A program made the translations under genes and the position numbers. The notes under the pieces are model-generated. The model was not told where the DNA came from. It was given only the letters and a program-made list of their open reading frames with translations, and did no database searches. A DNA stretch of 64,000 bases. It comes from an uncultured Alphaproteobacteria bacterium (GTDB taxonomy: Bacteria; Pseudomonadota; Alphaproteobacteria; CAAHEQ01; UBA3637). The number at the start of each line of letters is the position of its first letter. Within the stretch, counting starts at the first letter, position 1. Of this stretch, positions 27,714-37,768 are shown in pieces. The DNA is taken from contig CANQUX010000005.1 in the NCBI GenBank assembly GCA_947627155.1, positions 13,513 to 77,512 on the forward strand, in the 5' to 3' direction.

Positions 27714-27931
27714 CAAAAGAAATTGAAATAGCCTTATCATATGTGCAAGATGCTTTGGTGCATTCGTCCGACGGAATGGAACCGGCATATATCAAGAAAG
27801 AAATGTTGAATAACAATGCCGTGTGGTCCATTTATAATGTACAAGGGGAAAAAATGGGTTATGCGGCAACGCGAGAAATGGCATTTGCCATTGCAAAACA
27901 AAATGCCTATACCGGCACAAGTGTGCATTAA
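27710..27931 (+). CDS. Hypothetical small protein (73 aa), translationally coupled to the hsp20 gene
   Basis: ORF with a 4 nt overlap. Confidence 0.35.
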   Translation: MTKEIEIALSYVQDALVHSSDGMEPAYIKKEMLNNNAVWSIYNVQGEKMGYAATREMAFAIAKQNAYTGTSVH

Positions 27932-27952
27932 GTGAACGATATTCAAAAAAAA

Positions 27953-27982
27953 CTTGCAAAATAAAAACAATCAACATATACT
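27953..27982 (+). promoter_or_regulatory. Sigma70-like promoter for tRNA-Gly (TTGCAA-18 bp-TATACT)
   Basis: Hexamers 8 nt upstream of the tRNA 5' end. Confidence 0.4.
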
Positions 27983-27990
27983 GGTAAAGT

Positions 27991-28064
27991 GCGAGTGTAG
28001 CTCAATGGCAGAGCGGAAGCTTCCCAAGCTTAAGACGAGGGTTCGATTCCCTTCACTCGCTCCA
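27991..28064 (+). tRNA. tRNA-Gly (anticodon CCC), 74 nt with CCA encoded
   Basis: Manual cloverleaf: acceptor stem GCGAGTG/CACTCGC, anticodon loop TTCCCAA, T-loop TTCGATT. Confidence 0.85.
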
Positions 28065-28150
28065 TTTTTTTGAATAAGATATCATGCGAAAGTATGTAAA
28101 AATGCAGGGGCATCTACTTTGTTTTGAAATATTTTAAAGCGGAGTTAAAC

Positions 28151-28858
28151 ATGATATATGGCTACATTCGTGTTTCTTCCGACAAGCAAACGTTGGAAAA
28201 TCAAAAATTTGAAATTCGCAAATTTGCTTTACGCAACAGCATTCACATTGATCGCTGGGTTGAAGAAACCATTTCCACGCGCAAACCGCTTGAAAAGCGC
28301 AAATTAAGTCGATTATTAAATATCTTAACGGCAAATGATATTTTAATTACGTCCGAAATATCACGACTGGGGCGTTCATTATTGGAAGTAATGGGTATTT
28401 TACAAAATTGTTTATTAAAGGGGTGTCAAATCTGGACGATTAAAGAAAACTATCGGCTGGGTGCTGATTTACAATCCAAAGTAATGGCATTTGCGTTTGG
28501 TTTATCGGCAGAAATCGAGCGACAACTTATTTCCGATCGCACGCGGTCATCATTGGAAAATTTAAAGGCAAAAGGTATTAAGCTGGGGCGGCCGGTGGGT
28601 GCAAACGGTGCTGTTTTAAAATTACCGGAGAGTTTGGAAAAAATATTTCTTCTGATTAAAAACGGTTGTTCACAAGCCGAAGTTTCACGCATTATGGGTG
28701 TTCACAAGTCAACTATTTGTCGTTTGGTTAAGAAAAATTATCCGGAACTGATGGAAGAGGAAGAAGATTTATTGTTTACGTTGGAATCGCCACTCTCCGT
28801 TCCGTCCGATTTAATGCTTGATTCAACAACTTATCCGCCGTCTACAAACGAAAATTAA
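28151..28858 (+). CDS. Serine recombinase of the resolvase/invertase family
   Basis: N-terminal catalytic motif YGYIRVSSDKQ and a C-terminal HTH region. RBS-supported ATG at 28151. Confidence 0.85.
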   Translation: MIYGYIRVSSDKQTLENQKFEIRKFALRNSIHIDRWVEETISTRKPLEKRKLSRLLNILTANDILITSEISRLGRSLLEVMGILQNCLLKGCQIWTIKENYRLGADLQSKVMAFAFGLSAEIERQLISDRTRSSLENLKAKGIKLGRPVGANGAVLKLPESLEKIFLLIKNGCSQAEVSRIMGVHKSTICRLVKKNYPELMEEEEDLLFTLESPLSVPSDLMLDSTTYPPSTNEN

Positions 28859-30054
28859 AAATGCTTCGGCAACCGGCGTTGACGAGGAGTAACAATACCT
28901 AACTCCATCAATCGTTTCATATATAATGACCCGCGAATAAATAAAATTTTTTCAGGCGGAATTAAAAAATACAAAGAAGAAGTAAATCCGCCGACCCAAT
29001 CGGGTTCATGACCGGTTAAGAAAAACGCTTCAACAGGAATTTGAGAATTAAGCGTATCATATTTCGGAAGAGCTTTTTGCAACAAATGACATTCTTTTTT
29101 GGCACTATAAGAAGGATGGCATTTTAAAAACACACGCGCAGGAATATTTTTGAAAAAAGAGAAAACACTTATTTCCTGATTGACTGATTTTTCATTTCCG
29201 AAAAAATATCCGGCAGTTAAAAACACCTTTTTTTGCGGCGTTGATAAAGCTTGAACGGTTACCGAATCAATTTCAAAAAAATGCTCCAACAACTTTTTTT
29301 CATGCGGAGCAAGCCGAGCAGCTTCCGATTTTAAACTGATATTTTTAATATTCTTACGACCTATCCAATTGACAAACGTTTTTAATTTTTTATCTTTAAT
29401 AATTTCATCAGCACGACACAAATGGTAGGTAGCCGGCACCAACTTTCCGATAGAAGCTTTCCAAAATGCCACATCTTCATTTTTAATTTCACTGAAAAAA
29501 TTCGGATTTTTTTCAAAATTCCGTAAAATTTTAACATCGGGTTTAAACCGCATCCAAAAACCATATTCATTCCCGATAACATTACAAGCGCCGTCTTCAT
29601 ATAAATGAATATGCTCAATTCGAGAGGGGAGTTCTTTAATCAGCCGTAACAAGAAATAGCGCGTTTGATTGATATTTGAATAAACTTCAAATTGAGCTTT
29701 CGGATATCGATCGGCAATTCTTTTTAATGTTTTGATAAAAGAAGCCGAATGATACCCCCATAAACCTTCCGACGCCGCCAGATTAACTTCAACGGCATTT
29801 ATTTTGGATAAATCAAAAATTCTTGCGCGATTGGGGTAGCGATGAAAGAAAAAAACTTTTAATTCATTTTTTTCATGAGCCGCTTTAATAAATTCCACAC
29901 TTTCCCAAAGAACAGGTGAAGTAGCATAAACTTCAAAAAAAACTTTAATTTTACGAATATGTTGGGGGGGGGGGGTATTGTATAAGCATAAGAGAAGAAC
30001 GGTCAAAACCGTTAAAATAAATGTCTTTAAAAAAACTCTAACGGAATGTTTCAC
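28855..30054 (-). CDS. Membrane-anchored hypothetical protein with a C12 tract in codons 26-30. Possibly a glycosyltransferase-like LOS-modifying enzyme (uncertain); candidate for phase variation
   Basis: N-terminal signal-anchor. The poly-C tract encodes TPPPQ. No confident family assignment was possible by eye. Confidence 0.5.
   Translation of the reverse strand: MKHSVRVFLKTFILTVLTVLLLCLYNTPPPQHIRKIKVFFEVYATSPVLWESVEFIKAAHEKNELKVFFFHRYPNRARIFDLSKINAVEVNLAASEGLWGYHSASFIKTLKRIADRYPKAQFEVYSNINQTRYFLLRLIKELPSRIEHIHLYEDGACNVIGNEYGFWMRFKPDVKILRNFEKNPNFFSEIKNEDVAFWKASIGKLVPATYHLCRADEIIKDKKLKTFVNWIGRKNIKNISLKSEAARLAPHEKKLLEHFFEIDSVTVQALSTPQKKVFLTAGYFFGNEKSVNQEISVFSFFKNIPARVFLKCHPSYSAKKECHLLQKALPKYDTLNSQIPVEAFFLTGHEPDWVGGFTSSLYFLIPPEKILFIRGSLYMKRLMELGIVTPRQRRLPKHF
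29964..29975. repeat. Homopolymeric G12 tract (C12 on the coding strand) inside the 5' end of the 28855..30054 CDS
   Basis: Counted directly in the sequence. Confidence 0.9.
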
Positions 30055-30520
30055 GCGAGTAAGCTCCGTAAAAATCTTCCTTATTTAACCAACCTTCATA
30101 TTCTCTGTCATTAAAGATGAAAGAAACACGACATGCATCAACTTCACATTCTTCCAACTTTCCCAACGCGCCTTTTTGAACAAAGGCCACCGGTGAAGCT
30201 GTTGAATTAATGTTTTTGCGCAGAACGGAATCTTCCGTCAGAATAACATACCGTCCGGAACTGAGCATGCGACGATGAACCCAACCAACAGTTCCGTCTA
30301 CTTCGCGAATTTGACGCCATAATTCATATTCATCAATCACTTCAACGGGATAATTTTTCATACGATAAACAAATTTAATCGGATAACGATTTCCGGGACC
30401 CGTTCTTAAATTCACATCCGCTCGACGAAATGAAACGAATCGGGGAATAGCCAATTCCTGCGCCGAAACAGCACCGGCCAGACAAAGAACGCCGAAACAG
30501 AGCCAATATTTAACTTTCAT
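30038..30520 (-). CDS. Secreted SH3b-like domain protein
   Basis: Signal peptide MKVKYWLCFGVLCLAGAVSA. Start placed at the ATG at 30520. Confidence 0.5.
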   Translation of the reverse strand: MKVKYWLCFGVLCLAGAVSAQELAIPRFVSFRRADVNLRTGPGNRYPIKFVYRMKNYPVEVIDEYELWRQIREVDGTVGWVHRRMLSSGRYVILTEDSVLRKNINSTASPVAFVQKGALGKLEECEVDACRVSFIFNDREYEGWLNKEDFYGAYSRETFR

Positions 30521-31046
30521 TTGAAGCTTTGACCCTTTCGCGAACGGTTTTGACGGTACGTTTATGAATGGCTGCATTTTTTTGAGATCCCTCTTCCGTA
30601 TTTTCCTCATCGGTATCTAATGTTAATTCATGGGTTTCCTGCACCATTTGACCGGTAATTTCATTCCAACAGACCTGATAAACGGGAATAATCAGCATTT
30701 GAGCAAATTCTTCCCCGCGACGTAAAATTAACTGCCGACGAGAAGCATTTTGCACCAAAACAAAAAGAGCTTCTCTGTCAGCGGGATTAAGAATTTGCGG
30801 TGCATCAAGCACAATTAACCCCTTTTCAACAGCAATTTGAGGCAGCGACACAATTTGCCCGCACAAACCGTCGGGAACACCGAATCCGAAACCGACCGGA
30901 ACCAATGCGCGCTCGTGGGGATCCAATTTCAGCACGGTCGGAACAGCAGCACGCAACACCAAGCCGACATGATGCCGAGATGTGTAGGACGGCAAAGGAA
31001 AATCAACGCCGTCAGGTGTGCGAATGATGTGAATTTTCGGAATCAT
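30510..31046 (-). CDS. dut: dUTP diphosphatase (divergent, with an acidic C-terminal extension)
   Basis: DFPLPSYTSRHHVGLVLRA aligns with Dut motif 1-2 (EFPLPTYATSGSAGLDLRA). Confidence 0.75.
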   Translation of the reverse strand: MIPKIHIIRTPDGVDFPLPSYTSRHHVGLVLRAAVPTVLKLDPHERALVPVGFGFGVPDGLCGQIVSLPQIAVEKGLIVLDAPQILNPADREALFVLVQNASRRQLILRRGEEFAQMLIIPVYQVCWNEITGQMVQETHELTLDTDEENTEEGSQKNAAIHKRTVKTVRERVKASNES

Positions 31047-31215
31047 TTTTTACCTTTCGTATTTTTTTTATTTTGCCGTATTAAATTTTTTTTGTCAAGG
31101 AGTTTTTTTTAAAGATTACCCTCCAACAAAATATTTTGAAGCATTTAAAAATAAAAAGTACATACAAAAAACCGTTTGAAAAATATAACAGGCTTAATTT
31201 ATAAGGATCTGACAA

Positions 31216-31671
31216 TTATTCATCGGGGGTATTTAAATCAAACTTATATATTTTAACATCTCTGCCCAAGGGGAAAAAAACAATATCACCGACAGCATAT
31301 TTAACTTTTTCGCAAGCAAGTAAAAACGAACAAGATATGGAATGACCGTATTTTGAAACAAATTTATCTTTTTGCGGCATACGATCACCCGCCAGACAAG
31401 CTCCGACATTTTGAATTCGGCAAGAACCCAAAACCGATTTAATTTCAACCAAACTGCGGGCAATTTGTTTAAATTGGGCACCATCCACAAACAACAGGGG
31501 CGCTCGCGATAAATCCCAGGTGTTCACAAAATCGGAAAACGGTCCTTTCAGAACGGCGGTTGCCGCCGATTCACGGATTCGAATTTTTTGCGCGGCAAAA
31601 TATTTACTGCCAACAATACCGAACAAAATAATCAAACAAATAACAACAAGAATTATTATCCCTTTTTTCAT
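31216..31671 (-). CDS. Hypothetical membrane-anchored protein
   Basis: ORF with an N-terminal TM helix. Confidence 0.4.
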   Translation of the reverse strand: MKKGIIILVVICLIILFGIVGSKYFAAQKIRIRESAATAVLKGPFSDFVNTWDLSRAPLLFVDGAQFKQIARSLVEIKSVLGSCRIQNVGACLAGDRMPQKDKFVSKYGHSISCSFLLACEKVKYAVGDIVFFPLGRDVKIYKFDLNTPDE

Positions 31672-31881
31672 TCATTTTCTCCTTAAAAAAAGTGTTTTAC
31701 TCCCGTTAAAGGAACGGAACTTCTGTTGTTCGTTTTATTGTACAGTGACAAAAGATTCTTGTCAAGTTTCCTTTGCAAAAAAAATTTTATTTATTTTTTA
31801 TCAGTTTCTTATTTAAACCAAAATATCAAAATATTTTATACGATTGTCCATATTTTTTTATGAAAAAATACCCTCATAGCC

Positions 31882-34800
31882 CTATTGAAATAATCGTCCC
31901 AATATGCCCGGTGCTATACTCGATAACGGATGAAAATCAATTTTGGCGCTTGATGGTTCTCCTTTAATGGAATAACTTGCACCCACCAATCCTCCGTGTG
32001 CCGATGAGCGAAACAATCCCCCGATAACGGGGATTTTCCCCGGCAAACTGTTTAATGCATACGCCGGTATGACCGACCCTTTGATATTCATGTATCCCTG
32101 CTTTAAATAACCCTCAAATGTTATTCCCAGCGAATTACCGTATAATGCGCCGTCGGTTATCATCACCACAAAATTCGGTGTTAACGTGAACGGGACGCTT
32201 GCATGGCTGAAATGCAACTCCTTCCCCCGAAACGCATCAATAATGCCGATAATTGAAAGCGCCTGCATCACAAAACCCGGATCTTTTAAGTTCATGTTTT
32301 TCACTTTAATGTTGCCTTTAATCAATCCGTTGACATCTTGCGCTGCTGACAACGTTGCTTTGCCCGATGCGAAATCATCTGTTAAATTCAATCGATTCAA
32401 AATATCTCCCGTGTCATAGGCAACGCCTGTCAGCGCTTTGCCGTCGGGTCCTAAACTCACCGATATTGACCCCGTTCCCTGCGCAAAAATAAAAAACTCT
32501 TTCCACACGCGCCCTGTTCGATTCGCTTTCACCGCCACCTGCTTTAACGGCATATTCGGGTTAAGAGTTAACGAATCCATGGCCACGTTTAACCGAATGA
32601 GCGGCAAAATCGGCTCTTGTTTCGGCTCTGCTTCAATGGCCTTACTCTTAAAATACGGCATATTTTTCAATTCCGTTAACAACCAGCTTTTTCCCTTTAA
32701 ATCAAGCGATAATTCTTGCCCCGAAATATATGTTATTTGCCCCGAAAAATTCGTACCCGGTGCCTGTGCTTTGGTCATGTTAATTTTTACTCCGTTATCC
32801 GGAAATGAAATTTCTCCCTGCACGTCTAATGCTTTTTTATCCGCCCTTACATCAAAAGTGATTGATTCGGGCGCATTTCCGTTCAGTCGAATAAATGCCT
32901 CCGCCTCCGCCGGAACCCCCTTGAATTTGGTATAAGCCAACGGATATAACATTAATTCCGAATCGGTTAAGTCGGCTTTCACACGCAAACTCTTCTCACC
33001 TGCTTGCGTTTGCTCATATATGACTTGACCCTTTATCATACCGATGAAATAATCGGATATATCTTTATAATAAGGTTTGAAAAACAAATCGTTTGCTTTT
33101 CCTTGCGCCTCCAAGCGCCGTTGCAGCGGATTTTTTTTCGTCGGTGCAAAAAATTCCGTCCATTCCACATCCAGCGGCATATCTTTATATTGCCCGCTGC
33201 CCTTCACAATCATTTGCGTATTATCAATCACAACCCCGAGCGCCGCATTTGTTAACGCCTGTGATTTATCTTTCGTTTGAAACATGCCGTTCGAAACCGA
33301 TGCCGTTATGTTGGCTTGTACTTCTTTTGCCGTTAACGATTCAGTTAACGGAAAACGCAATTTCGCTTCGCCCGATACGTCGCCCGCCGTGTTCACCGGA
33401 TTAATATCAAACCCCGATAATAATTCTAACGGCTTTTCATCAATTAACGCTAAAATCTCGGGCGCCGGTCCGTCAGCCTGCAACTCAATGCGCGCATTTG
33501 ATATATCATCTTTCAGCTCTGTTAAATAAACATTTCCCGCGTGCAATTGAATGTTATCAATAATCCCGCTTTGTGCAAAAATTTCAACCTTATCGGGATA
33601 CAGCATCACTTTACCCGCCGCATTCTTCACCGGCTTCATCGGCGATAAATAATCAACCGTCATATCTTGAAAATCAATGTCACCCAATAAATCCGTCAGT
33701 TCCGCACCCGTAAAATATAACTTAAAAACAGCATTCGTTGCCTTTCCGTCCCTCAAATTTTGCTTGACCCATGCATGTGCATCCGGCCCCAACCCTGACG
33801 GCCAAACCCCCGGCACCAAATGCACCGGTATGTCTTGTATTTGCGCATTTAATGTTGTTTTGACACTGCTGATATCAAACGTATCCAAAAATGAACCTAA
33901 ATTTTGTATTTGTATGTCTGCCACTGCTGTTAATTTGTTCGTTAACCCCGCATGAATCGGCTGAATGCTCAATGATTCCAAATTTTCGGCAAACGTACCC
34001 GTTGCTTTGATAAACGAAACATTATAAGTGGCCGTATCCAACGGTGGCGGTAAGACAACACTGCCGCTTTGTTCCGTTTCCACCGTAAATGACAACGATT
34101 TAAAAATATTCCGCCATTGTTGCAGTGAAAAAGTATGAAAATCAATTTCACCTTTCACCGTACCTTGCACATTTAACCGAATACCCTTCATTAAATCAGC
34201 AATTCTTCCTGCCTTCTCCAAATTGATTTGATCAAACGCGAGTTCAAATTCAGCCGTGCGCGCTCCTAAATTTATCAGCGCATTACCGTTCAGGTGCATT
34301 AAATCTTCATCAATTAACAAATTTGTTTTAAAATCAAACAAATATTGTGTAAATCGTTGTCGCTCTAATGTAGCGGTTAATTCCGGAATCATAATCCGGC
34401 GCCCGTTTAATTCATCGGCAATAATCACTCCTGCTCGATCCAAAATAATATGACGAATAGTCATTAACTTTTTAATATATTGATTGTGATGATAAATCAC
34501 TTTCGGCGCCGCCCCTTCTTTTTGAACTTGCGCAATCGGAACAGCTTTTCCTTTCTGCCCCTGCAACAACAACCGTCCGTCCGTTGTTAAAGTTAACTGC
34601 AACAGCATATCCGACACATAGGCACTGAGCGGCATATAATTTAAAGTGAACAAATTTCTTAATCCGTATGATAATTGAATGTCCGGAATATCTAAAATTA
34701 AGGAATTATCTTTCCCCATTAACGATAAATTATGAACAGATATGTGAAACAAACCGCGCCGCGAAAACCGTGCCGATAATAAAACGGAATCAGCCTCTAA

Positions 34801-34986
34801 TTTCAATCCCTCATCGGCCGGCAAAACATATCCCTGTATTTCGGGCATTAAAAATTCCAAATCCAACGGCTTGACGGATAACCGCCAAAACAAAAGTACA
34901 AGACCTAAAAATAAAAGCGTTAAAAAAATCATAAGTGTTCGACTGAAAAATTTCCAAAGAAAGATCAGAGATTTTTTTGCGCTCAT
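31882..34986 (-). CDS. AsmA-family / DUF3971-like large envelope biogenesis protein
   Basis: 1034 aa with an N-terminal TM anchor and a long beta-rich body. Confidence 0.65.
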   Translation of the reverse strand: MSAKKSLIFLWKFFSRTLMIFLTLLFLGLVLLFWRLSVKPLDLEFLMPEIQGYVLPADEGLKLEADSVLLSARFSRRGLFHISVHNLSLMGKDNSLILDIPDIQLSYGLRNLFTLNYMPLSAYVSDMLLQLTLTTDGRLLLQGQKGKAVPIAQVQKEGAAPKVIYHHNQYIKKLMTIRHIILDRAGVIIADELNGRRIMIPELTATLERQRFTQYLFDFKTNLLIDEDLMHLNGNALINLGARTAEFELAFDQINLEKAGRIADLMKGIRLNVQGTVKGEIDFHTFSLQQWRNIFKSLSFTVETEQSGSVVLPPPLDTATYNVSFIKATGTFAENLESLSIQPIHAGLTNKLTAVADIQIQNLGSFLDTFDISSVKTTLNAQIQDIPVHLVPGVWPSGLGPDAHAWVKQNLRDGKATNAVFKLYFTGAELTDLLGDIDFQDMTVDYLSPMKPVKNAAGKVMLYPDKVEIFAQSGIIDNIQLHAGNVYLTELKDDISNARIELQADGPAPEILALIDEKPLELLSGFDINPVNTAGDVSGEAKLRFPLTESLTAKEVQANITASVSNGMFQTKDKSQALTNAALGVVIDNTQMIVKGSGQYKDMPLDVEWTEFFAPTKKNPLQRRLEAQGKANDLFFKPYYKDISDYFIGMIKGQVIYEQTQAGEKSLRVKADLTDSELMLYPLAYTKFKGVPAEAEAFIRLNGNAPESITFDVRADKKALDVQGEISFPDNGVKINMTKAQAPGTNFSGQITYISGQELSLDLKGKSWLLTELKNMPYFKSKAIEAEPKQEPILPLIRLNVAMDSLTLNPNMPLKQVAVKANRTGRVWKEFFIFAQGTGSISVSLGPDGKALTGVAYDTGDILNRLNLTDDFASGKATLSAAQDVNGLIKGNIKVKNMNLKDPGFVMQALSIIGIIDAFRGKELHFSHASVPFTLTPNFVVMITDGALYGNSLGITFEGYLKQGYMNIKGSVIPAYALNSLPGKIPVIGGLFRSSAHGGLVGASYSIKGEPSSAKIDFHPLSSIAPGILGRLFQ

Positions 34987-34990
34987 CTTA

Positions 34991-35974
34991 TCATCCTTTC
35001 ATTAAAAACAATAATCCGTAACAAAGCAATCCGGCACCCGTCGGAGCCATAAACCACGATAAAACAACCGTTCCCGCTTTCTTCCATTTAAGTCCGTTCG
35101 GCCCTTTTGACAAGGCTATACCGAATACAGTCCCGATTAAAACACCCGATAACGGAACCGGCACCAACGGAAACGTCGGTAAATGACAATTGATTAAAAA
35201 ACGCTCCAACGTCACACTTGAAAAACAAAGCAATGTGACGGCACTCATTAAAACCGCAATTAAAGCCTCCGTCGGTGATAATTTAAAAACGCCGGTGGAA
35301 ACGGTTTCAATAACACGCCTGTCCGCAAAGAAAAAACCTAAGGCAATAAACAAACCGGCACCGTAAAATAATTCCTCCGGCGGTAAAGCATTCAACTCAA
35401 CAAGCGGACCGATAACGCTGCCGATATTATTTGCCCCGAAAGCATACGCCGAAAACGCACCGACACTCAAAAGTCCGATTCGAATTAACTTATCTCGCAA
35501 TAAAAGCCGAATTGGAAAGCGATGTAACAAAAATCGAAACACTTTAAAGCCGAAAAACGATAAAAACAAGCCGATTAAAGGCGTATAAATCCACCCGAAA
35601 ACACTTTGTGTCAATAAAGAAATCGGTTGCGGAGCCTGATAAAAAAAGTTAAAAGCAACATAAGCGCCCGTTGTTGTTTGCACCACCGATGCGGGACATC
35701 CCGATTTACCCAAAAGCCATAACAAAATACCCGCACTGAAACAAATGGCAAACGCATCTTGAAATGTTTGAACGTTTCCTAAATTCGTCACGTTTTGTGT
35801 GACCGCCGATCCGCTGAATACGGCGCCCGCAATCACAAAAATCGAGGCGATTAAAGCGCCTGTTTGAAACGACAGCATACGCGTTCCGATGGCAGAACCG
35901 AACAGATTGCTTAAATTGTTCCGTCCCAACATAACTGCCAAAAAAAAGACCGTTATAACCGCCAAAGTCATCAT
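34991..35974 (-). CDS. Inorganic phosphate transporter, PiT family
   Basis: PHO4 signature YAFGANNIGSVIGPL. Confidence 0.75.
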   Translation of the reverse strand: MMTLAVITVFFLAVMLGRNNLSNLFGSAIGTRMLSFQTGALIASIFVIAGAVFSGSAVTQNVTNLGNVQTFQDAFAICFSAGILLWLLGKSGCPASVVQTTTGAYVAFNFFYQAPQPISLLTQSVFGWIYTPLIGLFLSFFGFKVFRFLLHRFPIRLLLRDKLIRIGLLSVGAFSAYAFGANNIGSVIGPLVELNALPPEELFYGAGLFIALGFFFADRRVIETVSTGVFKLSPTEALIAVLMSAVTLLCFSSVTLERFLINCHLPTFPLVPVPLSGVLIGTVFGIALSKGPNGLKWKKAGTVVLSWFMAPTGAGLLCYGLLFLMKG

Positions 35975-36651
35975 ATTAAATGTTTCACCGCCATAATTTT
36001 TAACACGTCCGCCACATCTTCCGCGATATCGGAAATTTTTTCAATGTTATAAATAAATTCTTTGAGCTGTAATTGTCGCGCCAAAGGCAAGTCTTTATTT
36101 TCAAAAACAACCTCCTTCAAATGATAGGCTTGTTTATCAACCAAATGTTCGTAATGATATGTGCGGAGCGTATATTCCCCCACATCGGGTTGTCCCGCAA
36201 AAAAATCTTTCACGCCCGAAATTAAAGCGCCAACACAATCCAAATTCGTTTGCACCATTTTTAATAAATTAATGGAAAGATCATCAATCAGCTGTGGTTT
36301 TTCAACTGTCATTAAAAGCAAATTCGATTCATATTTATTGATAATTTTATCGCACCCTTCCAACAATTTTAAAATATCCGACCGCATATCGGGCAACAGC
36401 ATGTATTCATATAAATCGTTTTCAATTTCACGTCGATACGAATCGTTTTCGCTTTCCAGCTTCGAAACGGTTTTTCGAATGTTTAAAAAATCTGCCGAAC
36501 ACCCCTCTCGGGTATAAGTTTCAATGCCTTGCGCGTAATACACACCGGCTTCGATAATGTTCATTAAAAATGCCGTTATTTTGGCCTCCAATTTTTGCGT
36601 GCGCTTAAATAAATCACGACTTAAAAAACTTAATCGTCCTTTTTTGATCAT
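35971..36651 (-). CDS. DUF47/TIGR00153-type Pit accessory protein
   Basis: Conserved pairing upstream of pit; helical PhoU-like protein. Confidence 0.5.
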   Translation of the reverse strand: MIKKGRLSFLSRDLFKRTQKLEAKITAFLMNIIEAGVYYAQGIETYTREGCSADFLNIRKTVSKLESENDSYRREIENDLYEYMLLPDMRSDILKLLEGCDKIINKYESNLLLMTVEKPQLIDDLSINLLKMVQTNLDCVGALISGVKDFFAGQPDVGEYTLRTYHYEHLVDKQAYHLKEVVFENKDLPLARQLQLKEFIYNIEKISDIAEDVADVLKIMAVKHLI

Positions 36652-37749
36652 TTTGCCCCCAAATCTGCTAACGCCGCCCGCATAAAGCCGTTTAAATCAC
36701 CGTCCAACACGCCGGCGGTATCTGATGTTTCATAGTTTGTTCGTAAATCTTTAACCAATTGATACGGTTGTAACACATATGAGCGAATTTGATTGCCCCA
36801 ACCGTTATCGCCTTTCGATAAATCAATAGCACCTTGTGCCGCTTGTCGTTTTTGCAGCTCCGCTTCATATAAACGCGACCGCAACATATTCCATGCCTCT
36901 TCTTTATTTTGAAATTGCGATCGACCGGTTTGACTTTGCACCACAATGCCCGTCGGCAAGTGCGTAATACGCACCGCGCTTTCCGTACGGTTAATGTGTT
37001 GTCCGCCGGCACCCGATGCCCGAAACACATCAATGCGACAATCTGCCGGATTGATATCGATTTGAATGGAATCATCCACAACCGGATAAACCCAAACCGA
37101 AGCAAAACTCGTATGCCGCCGCGCATTGGAATCAAACGGTGAAATCCGCACCAGCCGATGAACGCCCGATTCATATTTTAACCACCCGTAAGCATTCAAG
37201 CCTTTAATTTTCAGCGTACTCGATTTAATACCCGCCTCCTCGCCGATATTTTCTTCCAGCAAGGCCACCGACATTTTGTTTTTTTCCGCCCAGCGCATAT
37301 ACATCCGTCGCAACATATCTGCCCAATCCTGCGATTCGGTTCCGCCGGCACCGGCATGAATTTCCAAGAAGGCATCATTTGCATCACCCTCGCCGGATAA
37401 CAAACTTTCCAACAACATATTTTCTATGGTTGTATCCAGTGCCAAAAATTGATTTTCGGCTTCCGAAAGCAAGGCTTCATCATTTTCGCTTTCGGCAAAC
37501 TCAACCATTTCATATAATTCATCGACTTGTTGAATCAAATCTCGTAAAGAATTGATTTGATCGCTTAATCGCGTGCGTTCGCTAATCAACTTTTGCGCCC
37601 GTTCCGGATTGTCCCACAAATGCGCATCTGCCGTTAACGAATCCAATTCGTCTTTGCGTAACAGGGCATTATCCCAGTCAAAGACGCTCCTTCAGCAGTT
37701 GAACCGCTGTCAGGTATTTTTGCTTGCTTTGTATAATTTCCGCTTTCAT
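36648..37749 (-). CDS. prfB: Peptide chain release factor 2, with programmed +1 frameshift. Frame 0 runs 37749..37681 (MKAEIIQSKQKYLTAVQLLKERL), then shifts at CTT-TGA-C to continue 37679..36648
   Basis: SPF and GGQ motifs. An SD-like AAGGAG sits 3 nt upstream of CTT TGA C at 37678-37683. Confidence 0.9.
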
Positions 37750-37768
37750 CAAAAATCCTTTGTTAAAG

